Shown here in pieces: positions 1 through 8,831 of a stretch of DNA of 64,000 nucleotides. The stretch spans positions 111-64,110 of the forward strand of contig JAFYIE010000103.1 in NCBI GenBank assembly GCA_017538795.1, given 5' to 3'. Positions within the stretch are counted from its first letter, which is position 1; every line of letters starts with the position of its first letter. The notes beneath the pieces are model-generated. The model was given only the letters and a program-made list of their open reading frames with translations. It was not told the DNA's origin and did no database searches. This DNA is from Bacteroidales bacterium. Lineage in GTDB: Bacteria > Bacteroidota > Bacteroidia > Bacteroidales > F082. Position numbers and translations under genes: made by a program.

Positions 1-1531
1 TCAAATATGGATAGTCTGCATAATTAACCCTGGATGTGACATTAATGGAATCAACCGTTTTTTTAATATTCTTACATACAGGCTCGTTCATAAATAAATC
101 CATCGATAGATCAACATCTTGACGTTTTTGTCCAAGTTCTTGTTCTAATGCGTCGACTTTTATTTCCTGTTGCTTTATAATGCCAAGCATTTTGTTTTTC
201 TCCCGATACCTGGTCTTTTTCTGGGTATCAATAATTCGTTGGTGCTCTTTATTAAGTTTATTAATTTTCTTTGAAGAATGTGTAAATAGAAAAACGCATA
301 ATAAGACAGCAATAGCAAGGATCAATGATACTACAATGATTATTCTGATTTTGTTTCTTTTGTGTGACTCGTATATCTTTTTGTTCACATAGCTTTGAAA
401 CATATCATTTAATTTTGACGAATCAAGAGATTTGTCATATTGTGACATGGTGTTCTTTGATAAAAGACCGGAATATTTGTTAGCCTCAAGAGTATCAGCT
501 AATATAATACTAATGTTCATTAAAAAGTCGGCTGTCTGAAGTTTTCTTACACTATTATTTTCTTCTTTTTCATAAACAATATTAAGATAAAAATTAGCCG
601 AATCGTATATCTTTTCTTCAAAATAAAGACTACCTATTGTATAGTATCTTGTTAATAATTCATCCTCACTTTCTGCTTGATCTGCAACCTGCTTAAGCCG
701 TTCTAACGTCGGCATTAATCCATATCCATACTCATAAAATAACACTGCCATGCTTGATACCAGATCCCTATAAATCAAATTATTAGAGTCTGGTAATGAT
801 TTTATAGCTTCGCTGTAGTAATAGTAAGCACTGTCATTTTGTCCTAAAATATCATATAATTGGCCCAATTTAGCCAATGTATTGGATATACCGTATTTGG
901 ATGTTGGCGCTATTTTATAGAATATTAAAGACTCTTTCCCGCAATAAATTGCGTTTTCTATCATAAACTGGCTGGTAAATAGTTCTTTCAAACGATTATA
1001 CGTCAATCCCATGAACTTCGCCTTGTAACCAACCAGTTGTTTCTTATCAAAATGGTTCTCCATTATCTCTAAAGTGTGCAAATATTCCTTGCAGGCATCG
1101 ACAACACTGTCGTTTTCGTAAAAACCGACGCCGTTCATGTAGTGCGAGCGGGCGGATAGAAGCGTAAAATCGTCGTTGCCAGGATATTGCGCCGCAAGGC
1201 TGTCGAAATAATGCATCGCATCCTGTAGAGACGTTTCCTGAAACGTCTCATTTCTGTATCGGTTTAATTGAGCGTTGTCGGTTTTGTAAAGAGCTTCGGA
1301 AAGAAGTAGTGATTGATAGTTTGTGTTAAATTCAAATGAGGTTCCTCGCTCCGCTCGGAATGACTGTAATGTTTGAAGCGCCGAGGCGGCATCACGCTGC
1401 ATCAGGCTGTCGATAAGCAACAGAGTGTCGGAAAAGGCAAATGGCAACGGCTGAGGCTCAACAATAGGCTCGGATTGCTTGTTGCAAGCAAGAAGCAGAA
1501 CCGCAAACAATATCAAAAACAACCTTTTCAC
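1..1531 (-). CDS. TPR-repeat, membrane-anchored regulator-like lipoprotein; N-terminal part only, the C-terminus runs off the window start
   Basis: My own minus-strand translation gives an open frame from GTG at 1531 to position 1 with no stop. It is absent from the ORF track because it has no stop in the window. The N-terminus VKRLFLILFAVLLLACNKQ is a lipoprotein-type signal. It is followed by helical TPR-like repeats, one TM helix (IRIIIVVSLILAIAVLLCVFLF) and a coiled-coil. The layout matches the protein at 62231..63976. Confidence 0.55.
   Translation of the reverse strand, partial: MKRLFLILFAVLLLACNKQSEPIVEPQPLPFAFSDTLLLIDSLMQRDAASALQTLQSFRAERGTSFEFNTNYQSLLLSEALYKTDNAQLNRYRNETFQETSLQDAMHYFDSLAAQYPGNDDFTLLSARSHYMNGVGFYENDSVVDACKEYLHTLEIMENHFDKKQLVGYKAKFMGLTYNRLKELFTSQFMIENAIYCGKESLIFYKIAPTSKYGISNTLAKLGQLYDILGQNDSAYYYYSEAIKSLPDSNNLIYRDLVSSMAVLFYEYGYGLMPTLERLKQVADQAESEDELLTRYYTIGSLYFEEKIYDSANFYLNIVYEKEENNSVRKLQTADFLMNISIILADTLEANKYSGLLSKNTMSQYDKSLDSSKLNDMFQSYVNKKIYESHKRNKIRIIIVVSLILAIAVLLCVFLFTHSSKKINKLNKEHQRIIDTQKKTRYREKNKMLGIIKQQEIKVDALEQELGQKRQDVDLSMDLFMNEPVCKNIKKTVDSINVTSRVNYADYPYL
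1338..1364 (+). repeat. Solo arm of the REP/MITE-like repeat family (GAGGTTCCTCGCTCCGCTCGGAATGAC), lying inside the CDS on the opposite strand
   Basis: It differs by 1 nt from the arm at 24310..24337. It is preceded by the same TTCAAATGAG context as the copy at 20221. On the minus strand it is read in frame as ..SFRAERGTSFE.. Confidence 0.7.
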
Positions 1532-1580
1532 ATTGCAAAGATAAATAAAAAAGTTAACAATCAACAGCTGTTAATCAAAT

Positions 1581-1637
1581 AAACAACTGTCAATTGTTAA
1601 CTATTAACTATCTATAAAACTATTAAGCTATTAAACT
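1581..1637 (-). repeat. AGTT-core tandem array with a 7-8 bp period, between the C69 peptidase stop and the next gene start
   Basis: The minus strand reads AGTTTAAT AGCTTAAT AGTTTTAT AGAT AGTTAAT AGTTAAC AATTGAC AGTTG. This is the same repeat type as at 51684..51774. Confidence 0.55.
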
Positions 1638-3375
1638 AATAAGCTTTAAGTTTATCTCCGGTCTGGTCGATAATTGCCTTATAGAACTCGTCGCTGTATT
1701 TCGGCTGTTCAACCTTTGGAGCGTAGTATTTGTAACCCTCAGGAATTGCGCGTGCTGTCTTCACGTTGCCGTCCATGTATTTCACAAATAGATACTGATA
1801 GAACATCTTCCAGTCGGCGCAAAGCTTTGTTGCCTCTGTGTTTGAGTATTTTGTGAGGAATTTCACTGCTTCTGCAGGGTCGTTGGCATAAATCTCGGCC
1901 GCTTTTGTGTTGATATTTTGCACCGATTTCACCCAGCCTTGTTCGTATTCAGCCTGTTTTGCGGCTATTTCAGGATGGATATAGTCGTATTTGGTGTATG
2001 CGAAGTTTGAAACTTGGTTGAAGATCCAGAAACCTGCTGTCTCCGAATATTCCATCATCGAGCCGTTGCCTTCGCGATAGCAGAGCGGAATCTCTGTCAT
2101 GCAGGTATACATCGGGCAGTAAACGGTGCTTGCCGCGTCGTCGACACCCCACCAGATGATGCCACCGATTTCAGGGATGCTGTTGGCGTTGCTCTGTGAA
2201 ACAAACGAGAAGCCTGTCTGCTGTGTGGCTGTTGTTCTCTCGTGCACGTATCCTACGCCGTCGACTTCCCAACCCATTGGACGCCAGCGATATGGGCAAT
2301 GAAATGGACCTGCGCCGAGGTCTTTCGACATGTCGAGTTCTGTTCCCTCGAGGTGGTCGCGCATGAAGCTCATCATGTCGAGAACCGACACTTTCTTGTT
2401 AGGTTTCACCCAAAGAGGCATTCTGTTGCTTGGGAAGTTCTCTACCGTCTGTGGCTCGCCTTTCACGTATGGCTTGGCGCGCATGATGTTGCGGCCTGTG
2501 GCATAGTCCCAATAATTGTTCATGTTGTCAGCAACCTGGTTGAACATAGCCCACACACGGATTTCACAACCACGTGCCGCACCGAAGTCAACAGGAGCGT
2601 AAACATCTGAGAATGAGAAGTCTTCATCTTTTCCAACGTAGAAATTGTTCTTCTTTGCAAACGAGATAACGTCTTCTGCGTAGATGCAGTCAACGTTCTT
2701 GTCGGTCATAAACTTCTTGAAATCTTTTGAAGTCAACGAGGTTTTGTTCTTCTTGGCGAGCGGGAAGGTGGTGATACGTGCCTGGTTGGCGTGACCGCAG
2801 ACATATCCGTCAGGGATGCGGCGCGCTACCCAAACCATGCCTTTCTCGAATTTGCCTTTGCCAATCATTTCCATAATCCAGACTTCTTCGGTGTCGGCTA
2901 TTGAGAATGACTCGCCTTCGCTGATGTAGCCATATTTTGCTGTGAGTTCGGCGATGTTGCGGATAGCTTCGCGGGCTGTCTTGCAGCGCTGCAACGAGAT
3001 GTAAATCAATGTGCCATAGTCCATCAAACCTTCGCCTTCCCAAAGCTCTTCAAGGCCTCCGTAAGTGGTCTCGCCAATGGCTAATTGATACTCGTTCATG
3101 TTGCCTACAACATTATAGGTGTGGCGTACTTCAGGAATCTGGCCGAGATACTTTCCGCTGTCCCAATCGTAAAGGTCGCGCATGGCGCCTTCCGGATAAT
3201 CGGCAGCCGGGAAATGATATAACTCACCATAAAGTACATGAGAATCAGCGGCATACGAAATCATTGTCGAGCCGTCGACTGAAGCTCCCTTGGTGACGAG
3301 GAAATTGGTGCATGCACTCGCCTTCGTCATTCCAAGAAGGCAGATAATTGCTAATAATGTCAATAATTTTTTCAT
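1636..3375 (-). CDS. Secreted dipeptidase, peptidase family C69
   Basis: 579-aa ORF. A signal peptide is followed by ..ASAC/TNFLVTKGASVDGS, which is the N-terminal nucleophile Cys motif of C69 (Ntn-hydrolase) dipeptidases. Its start overlaps the ribF stop as ATGA. Confidence 0.8.
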   Translation of the reverse strand: MKKLLTLLAIICLLGMTKASACTNFLVTKGASVDGSTMISYAADSHVLYGELYHFPAADYPEGAMRDLYDWDSGKYLGQIPEVRHTYNVVGNMNEYQLAIGETTYGGLEELWEGEGLMDYGTLIYISLQRCKTAREAIRNIAELTAKYGYISEGESFSIADTEEVWIMEMIGKGKFEKGMVWVARRIPDGYVCGHANQARITTFPLAKKNKTSLTSKDFKKFMTDKNVDCIYAEDVISFAKKNNFYVGKDEDFSFSDVYAPVDFGAARGCEIRVWAMFNQVADNMNNYWDYATGRNIMRAKPYVKGEPQTVENFPSNRMPLWVKPNKKVSVLDMMSFMRDHLEGTELDMSKDLGAGPFHCPYRWRPMGWEVDGVGYVHERTTATQQTGFSFVSQSNANSIPEIGGIIWWGVDDAASTVYCPMYTCMTEIPLCYREGNGSMMEYSETAGFWIFNQVSNFAYTKYDYIHPEIAAKQAEYEQGWVKSVQNINTKAAEIYANDPAEAVKFLTKYSNTEATKLCADWKMFYQYLFVKYMDGNVKTARAIPEGYKYYAPKVEQPKYSDEFYKAIIDQTGDKLKAY

Positions 3376-4307
3376 ATTTTTTTATTTAAAATGTTAATAA
3401 TTTGCTGTTTGTCAATATCAATCTGATGTTTTAAGGCTTCAAAATTATCAAATTTTTTGTCATCACGCACAAAATCCACGAATCTTATTTTTATTTCTTT
3501 GTCATAAAGATTTCCGTCGAAGCCAATGATATAAGTTTCAATGCTTTGCGGACGTTCGTCGTGCATTGTCGGGCGCTTCCCGATGTAAGTCATAGCAGGA
3601 AACGATTTTCCGTCTATTTCAGCGAAAGTGGCGTAAACACCTTGTCTTTCAATGAGTTGGAACTCTTCCGCCACATCAATGTTCGCCGTCGGATAGCCCA
3701 TTTTTTGTCCAACTTGTTGACCGTGAACTACTTTGCCTGTATATGAAAATTCATATCCGAGAAGCATATTGGCATGTTTTATGTCGCCGTTTTCCAAAAA
3801 ATGACGGATTTTAGTTGAACTTACCGCCACGTTTTCAACATCTTGCTCCTGAATTTTCTCAACTTTGAAATTATAGCGGTTTCCAAGCTCGTAAAGCATC
3901 TCGAAATCGCCGGTTCTGCCTTTCCCGAAATGGTGGTCGTAGCCGATAATCAGCACCGCCGGGTGGATGTTTTTCACAAGATAATCTTTGATAAAATCCT
4001 CCGACGATATGGCGGCAAATTCTTTTGTGAAATTTATAATTATCAGATTATCAATGCCTAACGCCTCAAGATGACTGATTTTTTCCTGCTGTGTTGAGAT
4101 AAAACGGATGCCTGAATCGTTGCTCAGCACCTGCCTCGGGTGAGGGTAAAACGTCACCACCACGCTCTCGCCGTCGAGTTCTTTGGCGCGGTTCACCATG
4201 TTCTTCAGTATCTCCTGATGCCCACGATGCACCCCGTCGAACGTGCCGATGGTAACGACAGCATTCGGAACCTGCTTATAATCTTCTATATTATAATAAA
4301 CTTTCAA
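3372..4307 (-). CDS. ribF: Bifunctional riboflavin kinase / FAD synthetase
   Basis: 311 aa. It has the nucleotidyltransferase motif VVTIGTFDGVHRGHQ at the N-terminus and a riboflavin-kinase domain at the C-terminus (GYPTANI). The start is a TTG inside a heptamer array and there is no in-frame ATG alternative. Confidence 0.88.
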   Translation of the reverse strand: MKVYYNIEDYKQVPNAVVTIGTFDGVHRGHQEILKNMVNRAKELDGESVVVTFYPHPRQVLSNDSGIRFISTQQEKISHLEALGIDNLIIINFTKEFAAISSEDFIKDYLVKNIHPAVLIIGYDHHFGKGRTGDFEMLYELGNRYNFKVEKIQEQDVENVAVSSTKIRHFLENGDIKHANMLLGYEFSYTGKVVHGQQVGQKMGYPTANIDVAEEFQLIERQGVYATFAEIDGKSFPAMTYIGKRPTMHDERPQSIETYIIGFDGNLYDKEIKIRFVDFVRDDKKFDNFEALKHQIDIDKQQIINILNKKI

Positions 4308-4333
4308 CTTTCAACTCTAAACTTTAAACTGTG
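4299..4333 (-). repeat. AGTT-core heptamer array, 5 units with an exact 7-bp period
   Basis: Plus-strand AACT cores fall at 4299, 4306, 4313, 4320 and 4327. The minus strand reads AGTTTAA AGTTTAG AGTTGAA AGTTGAA AGTTTAT. Confidence 0.75.
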
Positions 4334-5305
4334 AAATAAATATTCCGCTATTTCCACGGCATTCGTTGCAGCTCCTTTTCTGATATTATCCGTTACAACC
4401 CAGAAATTAAAGCCGTTTTCAATACTATTGTCGCGACGCATTCTACCGACGAAGACTTCATCTTTGTCGTATGCCATCAACGGGGTCGGATAAAGATTCT
4501 CGCTTGGATTATCAGCGACAATAACGCCTGGCGTGTTCTCCAAAATCTTTCTAATCTCTTGAACATCATAAGGTTGTGAAAATTCCACATTTACCGATTC
4601 GGAGTGACCGCCATAAGCCGGAACTCGCGCCACTGTTGCCGAAACTGCTATATTTGAATGCAAAATCTTGTTTGTCTCAAAAATGAGTTTTTCCTCTTCG
4701 GTGGTGTTGCCGTCTTCTAAGAAATTGCCTCCGTGAGGGATGATGTTTTCGTGTATTTGGTGAGGATATGCCGGGTTTTCGGCTTTCTCGCCACGCTGCT
4801 CACAATGCAGCTGGTTCAACCCTTTGATGCCACTGCCGCTCACCGACTGATATGTCGAAACCACTATGCGTTTGATGCCATAGCGACGGTGCATCGGGGC
4901 AAGCGCCATCACCAGACCTATTGTTGAACAGTTTGGATTTGCGATGATGTGAGTGTCGGCGTTTATGTCGCTGGCGTTGATTTCTGGAACCACCAACGGA
5001 ATGCCTTCTTTTTTGCGCCAAGCGGAGCTGTTATCGACAACGTATGTGCCTTTTTCGGCAAACAACGGGGCGTATTTCAATGAAGCGTCGGCTCCAGCTG
5101 AGAAAATCGCGATGTCGGGACGTTTTTCAATGGCGTCTTCAACAGATATCAAAGTGTATTCTTTACCTTTAAAAAGTGTTTTTTTCCCGATGGAACGCTC
5201 CGATGCCGCCACAATAAGCTCGTCGATAGGCAGATTTCTCTCCGCCAACACCTGAAGCATCTTTTGTCCTACAAGTCCTGTCGCTCCAATAACCGCTATT
5301 TTCAT
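4304..5305 (-). CDS. asd: Aspartate-semialdehyde dehydrogenase
   Basis: 333 aa. It has a Rossmann N-terminus (MKIAVIGATGLVGQ) and the active-site motif IANPNCSTI. The last 8 or so codons (SLKFRVES) are encoded by the heptamer array. Confidence 0.9.
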   Translation of the reverse strand: MKIAVIGATGLVGQKMLQVLAERNLPIDELIVAASERSIGKKTLFKGKEYTLISVEDAIEKRPDIAIFSAGADASLKYAPLFAEKGTYVVDNSSAWRKKEGIPLVVPEINASDINADTHIIANPNCSTIGLVMALAPMHRRYGIKRIVVSTYQSVSGSGIKGLNQLHCEQRGEKAENPAYPHQIHENIIPHGGNFLEDGNTTEEEKLIFETNKILHSNIAVSATVARVPAYGGHSESVNVEFSQPYDVQEIRKILENTPGVIVADNPSENLYPTPLMAYDKDEVFVGRMRRDNSIENGFNFWVVTDNIRKGAATNAVEIAEYLFHSLKFRVES

Positions 5306-5440
5306 TTTTTATCCTCCCGAAATGTTAATTTTTTTTAACAAATATGCCTTAATTGTATGTGTTTTATTAAGACTTCCTTCTTTTTTCTGCAAGTTAAGTT
5401 AAATAATGTTAAAAACGAATAACGTTAAAAAAATATGTTA

Positions 5441-5448
5441 TACTTTTG
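5441..5448 (+). promoter_or_regulatory. Bacteroidota -7 promoter box TACTTTTG
   Basis: Exact match to TAnnTTTG. It overlaps the TTG used by the ORF track at 5446, which argues for the ATG at 5485 as the real start. Confidence 0.45.
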
Positions 5449-5484
5449 CGCAAAAGTAAGAAAAAAACTCAAACATTTGTAGTT

Positions 5485-8061
5485 ATGGATGTAAAAATGT
5501 TTAAGATATTGGCGCTCCTTATATTAATGATACCGCTTCCAGGTCTGGCGCAGGTTTACGACGACTTCTCTGACGGCGATTTTAGTGATAATCCTGCTTG
5601 GATCGGCACAGAATCTCTCTTTGTGGTGAATGAGGCTAAGCAACTGCAACTGTATTCTGAAACAGCAGGCGACGCATGGCTGTTTTGCGACGCGGATGTG
5701 GCTAACGGTGTTTTAAATGGGGATTTTGAATGGCGTTTCTGGCTTCGTGAAGCGTTCTCGCCATCAAGTAAAAATTTCTGCGACATTTACATCTGTGATA
5801 AATATTTTGTTAGGTTCGGAGAAGCGGGGAGTAATGATGTTGTTGATTTACAGCGTGTTGATGATGGTGCGACCGTTAGCGTCTGCCGTGGTACCGACAC
5901 ATTCATCGCGACATCATTCTCCGCCTTCTTCAAAGTGACCAGAAACGCCGAAGGGGTGTGGAAAATCTTTGTCGACAAAACAGGTTCTGAGGATTATATC
6001 CTTGAAGCTCAAGGTGTTGACAATACTTACGAGCCGTCTGGAAATTTTGGAATTAAAGCTACTTTTAGTGCGAGCAATGCGAAAAAAATATATCTCGATA
6101 ACATTTATGCGGGTCCACTGATCATAGACACGGAATCTCCACACCTTGATGATCTTATATTGTTGAAATACAATAAATTACAACTTGATTTCAACGAACC
6201 TGTTGATAATGTTTTTGCTTTGAATGCCGATAATTACAATATGAATAATAATGTCGGCAAACCAATGTATGCCGAATATAACGGCAGCAACCACTCTTCT
6301 TTGATTTTGTCTTTTTCAAACGAGATAAAAGAAGGAGTGTATTATACATTGACTATCAATAAAATACAAGATTTGTCAGGAAATATAACGGAAAACATCC
6401 AATATACATTTATTCATTACGACATTCATGAATATGACGTTTTGATAAATGAAATCATGGCCGATCCGGAGCCGAGCGTTGGGTTGCCGGCTTGTGAATA
6501 TATTGAATTGTATAACACCACCGACCATCCTATCAATTTGAAAGACTGGTCGTTGACAATAGGAAACAGTGAGAAAATAATAACACAAGATATTGATATT
6601 CAGGCAAATAGTTTCATGATTTTATGTAAGGAGGACGCTGTTCCTTTCTTATCGGAATATGGTGAATGTGTGGGTTTTTCATCGTTCTCGATACCAAATT
6701 CTGGTACAAACATCTCGTTGTTTTTCATAAATAAAAAGGTTCATAAATTGGTTTTTGATTCATCCTGGTATCGAGACGATGATAAGTCTGACGGCGGTTG
6801 GTCGTTGGAACAAATAGACCCACACTCACCTTGTTTGGAAGCCATAAACTGGCGCGCAAGCTGTAACAAAAACGGCGGTACGCCTGGTGCCGTCAACTCT
6901 GTTAACGCCGAAAATCCCGTTACGCCTGCAGTGAATTACATAAATGTGCTGTCTCCAAACACAATAGAAGTCGTTTTCAACCAAGAAATGGATATTGAAT
7001 CTTTGAAAAATCCTGAAAACTACACTATTATTGAATTTGATTCTCACCCTAATTATGCTCTGCCATCACAAGATAATTGTAAAAGCGTTACACTTTCTTT
7101 TTCACAGAATCTACAGATTCGGAAAGTTTATAGTATTTTGGTTTTTGGTTCTTCAAATTGTTCGGGAGTGCCGGTCTTGGATGGTTGTGTCTACGCTTTC
7201 GGACTTCCGGATGATGCGGTTGTGGGCGATGTGGTCATCAATGAAATTCTTTTTGACCCCATCAGCCCCGCAACCGATTACGTTGAGATTTTTAATAAAT
7301 CAGATAAAGTGTTGAATGTCAGTAAATTAAAGTTGGGTGTTGTCAAGTCGTCATTTCCAAATCCACCCGACACGACAATAAAGGAAATATGTTCCGAAAA
7401 CCGACAGCTTTTGCCACGGAAATATCTTCTTTTGACAACAACTCCCGAAGTCACAGGCACCCAATATGAGTGCACGACCGATAATTTTATCACTATGCGG
7501 AGTTTTCCTTCGTATCCGAATGCAGGAGCGGAAGCCGTGTTATATTATGAAGATGATATCATTGATTTCATGAGTTATTCCGAAGATTCTCATTATCCTT
7601 TGCTGACCGAAACGAAAGGTGTTTCGCTTGAACGGGTTAATCCGGATATAGGTTCGGCTGACAAGGATAATTGGCATTCGGCCGCCGCTCCTTTGTATGG
7701 AACTCCAGGTTACCAAAACTCGGTTTTTGTTGAAAACGAAGAAGAAACAGCCAATGTCGAGATATTTCCGCCTGTTTTCTCGCCGGATGGCGACGGCTTC
7801 AATGATGTTACAACAATAAATTTGTCGTCTTTTGAATGTGACTACTCCGCGAAAATCATCATTTTCGACTCGCAAGGAAGGTTTGTGCGTAATGTCGTGA
7901 ACTGTCAAACCATAGCCTCACAAAGCGTTTTTTTGTGGAATGGCTTGGATGAAAACAGTAGAATGGTCTCACCGGGAATTTATGTTGTTTTTATAGAAGT
8001 ATTTGATACTCAAGGAGATATAAAGAGATTTAAAAAGGCTGTTGTGGTTGCATCCAAATAA
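5485..8061 (+). CDS. Secreted protein with two lamin-tail domains and a type-B T9SS (gliding-motility-associated) C-terminal domain
   Basis: Signal peptide MDVKMFKILALLILMIPLPGLAQ. There are two LTD-like segments (VLINEIMADPEP..EYIELYN and VVINEILFDPIS..DYVEIFN). The C-terminus FSPDGDGFNDV... is typical of the type-B CTD. Confidence 0.72.
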   Translation: MDVKMFKILALLILMIPLPGLAQVYDDFSDGDFSDNPAWIGTESLFVVNEAKQLQLYSETAGDAWLFCDADVANGVLNGDFEWRFWLREAFSPSSKNFCDIYICDKYFVRFGEAGSNDVVDLQRVDDGATVSVCRGTDTFIATSFSAFFKVTRNAEGVWKIFVDKTGSEDYILEAQGVDNTYEPSGNFGIKATFSASNAKKIYLDNIYAGPLIIDTESPHLDDLILLKYNKLQLDFNEPVDNVFALNADNYNMNNNVGKPMYAEYNGSNHSSLILSFSNEIKEGVYYTLTINKIQDLSGNITENIQYTFIHYDIHEYDVLINEIMADPEPSVGLPACEYIELYNTTDHPINLKDWSLTIGNSEKIITQDIDIQANSFMILCKEDAVPFLSEYGECVGFSSFSIPNSGTNISLFFINKKVHKLVFDSSWYRDDDKSDGGWSLEQIDPHSPCLEAINWRASCNKNGGTPGAVNSVNAENPVTPAVNYINVLSPNTIEVVFNQEMDIESLKNPENYTIIEFDSHPNYALPSQDNCKSVTLSFSQNLQIRKVYSILVFGSSNCSGVPVLDGCVYAFGLPDDAVVGDVVINEILFDPISPATDYVEIFNKSDKVLNVSKLKLGVVKSSFPNPPDTTIKEICSENRQLLPRKYLLLTTTPEVTGTQYECTTDNFITMRSFPSYPNAGAEAVLYYEDDIIDFMSYSEDSHYPLLTETKGVSLERVNPDIGSADKDNWHSAAAPLYGTPGYQNSVFVENEEETANVEIFPPVFSPDGDGFNDVTTINLSSFECDYSAKIIIFDSQGRFVRNVVNCQTIASQSVFLWNGLDENSRMVSPGIYVVFIEVFDTQGDIKRFKKAVVVASK

Positions 8062-8098
8062 AAGCGAAGAAAAAAGCGTTTGTTTAAAAAAATATTCG

Positions 8099-8106
8099 TA
8101 CTTTTG
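8099..8106 (+). promoter_or_regulatory. -7 promoter box TACTTTTG
   Basis: Exact TAnnTTTG, ending 24 nt upstream of the ATG at 8130. Confidence 0.45.
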
Positions 8107-8129
8107 TACTTTTAAGATAAGGTATAAAT

Positions 8130-8831
8130 ATGACTTTTTTTCACGGCGCATTGATGGGTTTAACCTTGGCTACGGTGTTCGGCTTCGGACCCGCGTTCTT
8201 TTTGCTTATCCAAACAAGCATTAGCAAGGGTTTTAAAACCGCTTTGTTGTTCGATTTGGGTGTTTTGTTGAGCGACGTCATAGTTGTTATTTTGATGATG
8301 ATGACATCGATTCAGATAACTCTTGACAACGGTGGAAATATGGTGCTTGCCGGCATTACGGCGGGGTTGATAATAATAGGTTTCGGTATTTACACATATT
8401 ACAGCAAACCGGAAAAAATAGTTGAACGCTCGGCAAAGAAAAGCGCCGAGCTTGAAGAAGTTGAGAAACGTCTTGAGAAATTCGATGAAAAATTAGACAA
8501 AAAACACAATGGCTCAAAATGGTATATTTATGTATCTAAAGGCTTTATAATGAACGTGTTCAACCCGTTTATCTGGGTCTTTTGGATGACGTCGGTGGCA
8601 ACGGTATCCGGCTCAGAGGTATATAACGGCAAAGAATCTCTCATCGCGTTGTTCTTCATAGGGACTTTCGTCACGGTTTTCGCCTTCGATATAATGAAAA
8701 TAGTGGGTGCCTACTCCTTAAAACGTTTTTTCACCGAGAAAAGGATGAAAATTCTCAACCAGGGCACAGGTATCGTCCTTGCCATCTGCGGTTTGATACT
8801 GATTATCAGAGTACTTTTCTTTAGAATTTAA
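8130..8831 (+). CDS. LysE/RhtB-type membrane exporter family protein
   Basis: 233 aa and multi-TM. The N-terminus (GLTLATVFGFGPAFFLLIQTS) resembles LysE-family translocators. A charged central loop (KKSAELEEVEKRLEKFDEK) is present. It overlaps the convergent recJ end by 11 nt. Confidence 0.55.
   Translation: MTFFHGALMGLTLATVFGFGPAFFLLIQTSISKGFKTALLFDLGVLLSDVIVVILMMMTSIQITLDNGGNMVLAGITAGLIIIGFGIYTYYSKPEKIVERSAKKSAELEEVEKRLEKFDEKLDKKHNGSKWYIYVSKGFIMNVFNPFIWVFWMTSVATVSGSEVYNGKESLIALFFIGTFVTVFAFDIMKIVGAYSLKRFFTEKRMKILNQGTGIVLAICGLILIIRVLFFRI

Noticed and set aside
180-392. 70-aa plus-strand ORF, and the one at 1373..1582, in the first 1.6 kb
   Set aside because: They are antisense to the long open minus-strand frame (1..1531), which has a lipoprotein signal, TPR-like repeats and a TM helix.
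1562-1571. 10-bp perfect palindrome AACAGCTGTT upstream of the first gene's GTG start, as a regulator operator
   Set aside because: It is a single short palindrome inside an AT-rich repeat-containing spacer, with no second copy in the window. This is too weak to call.
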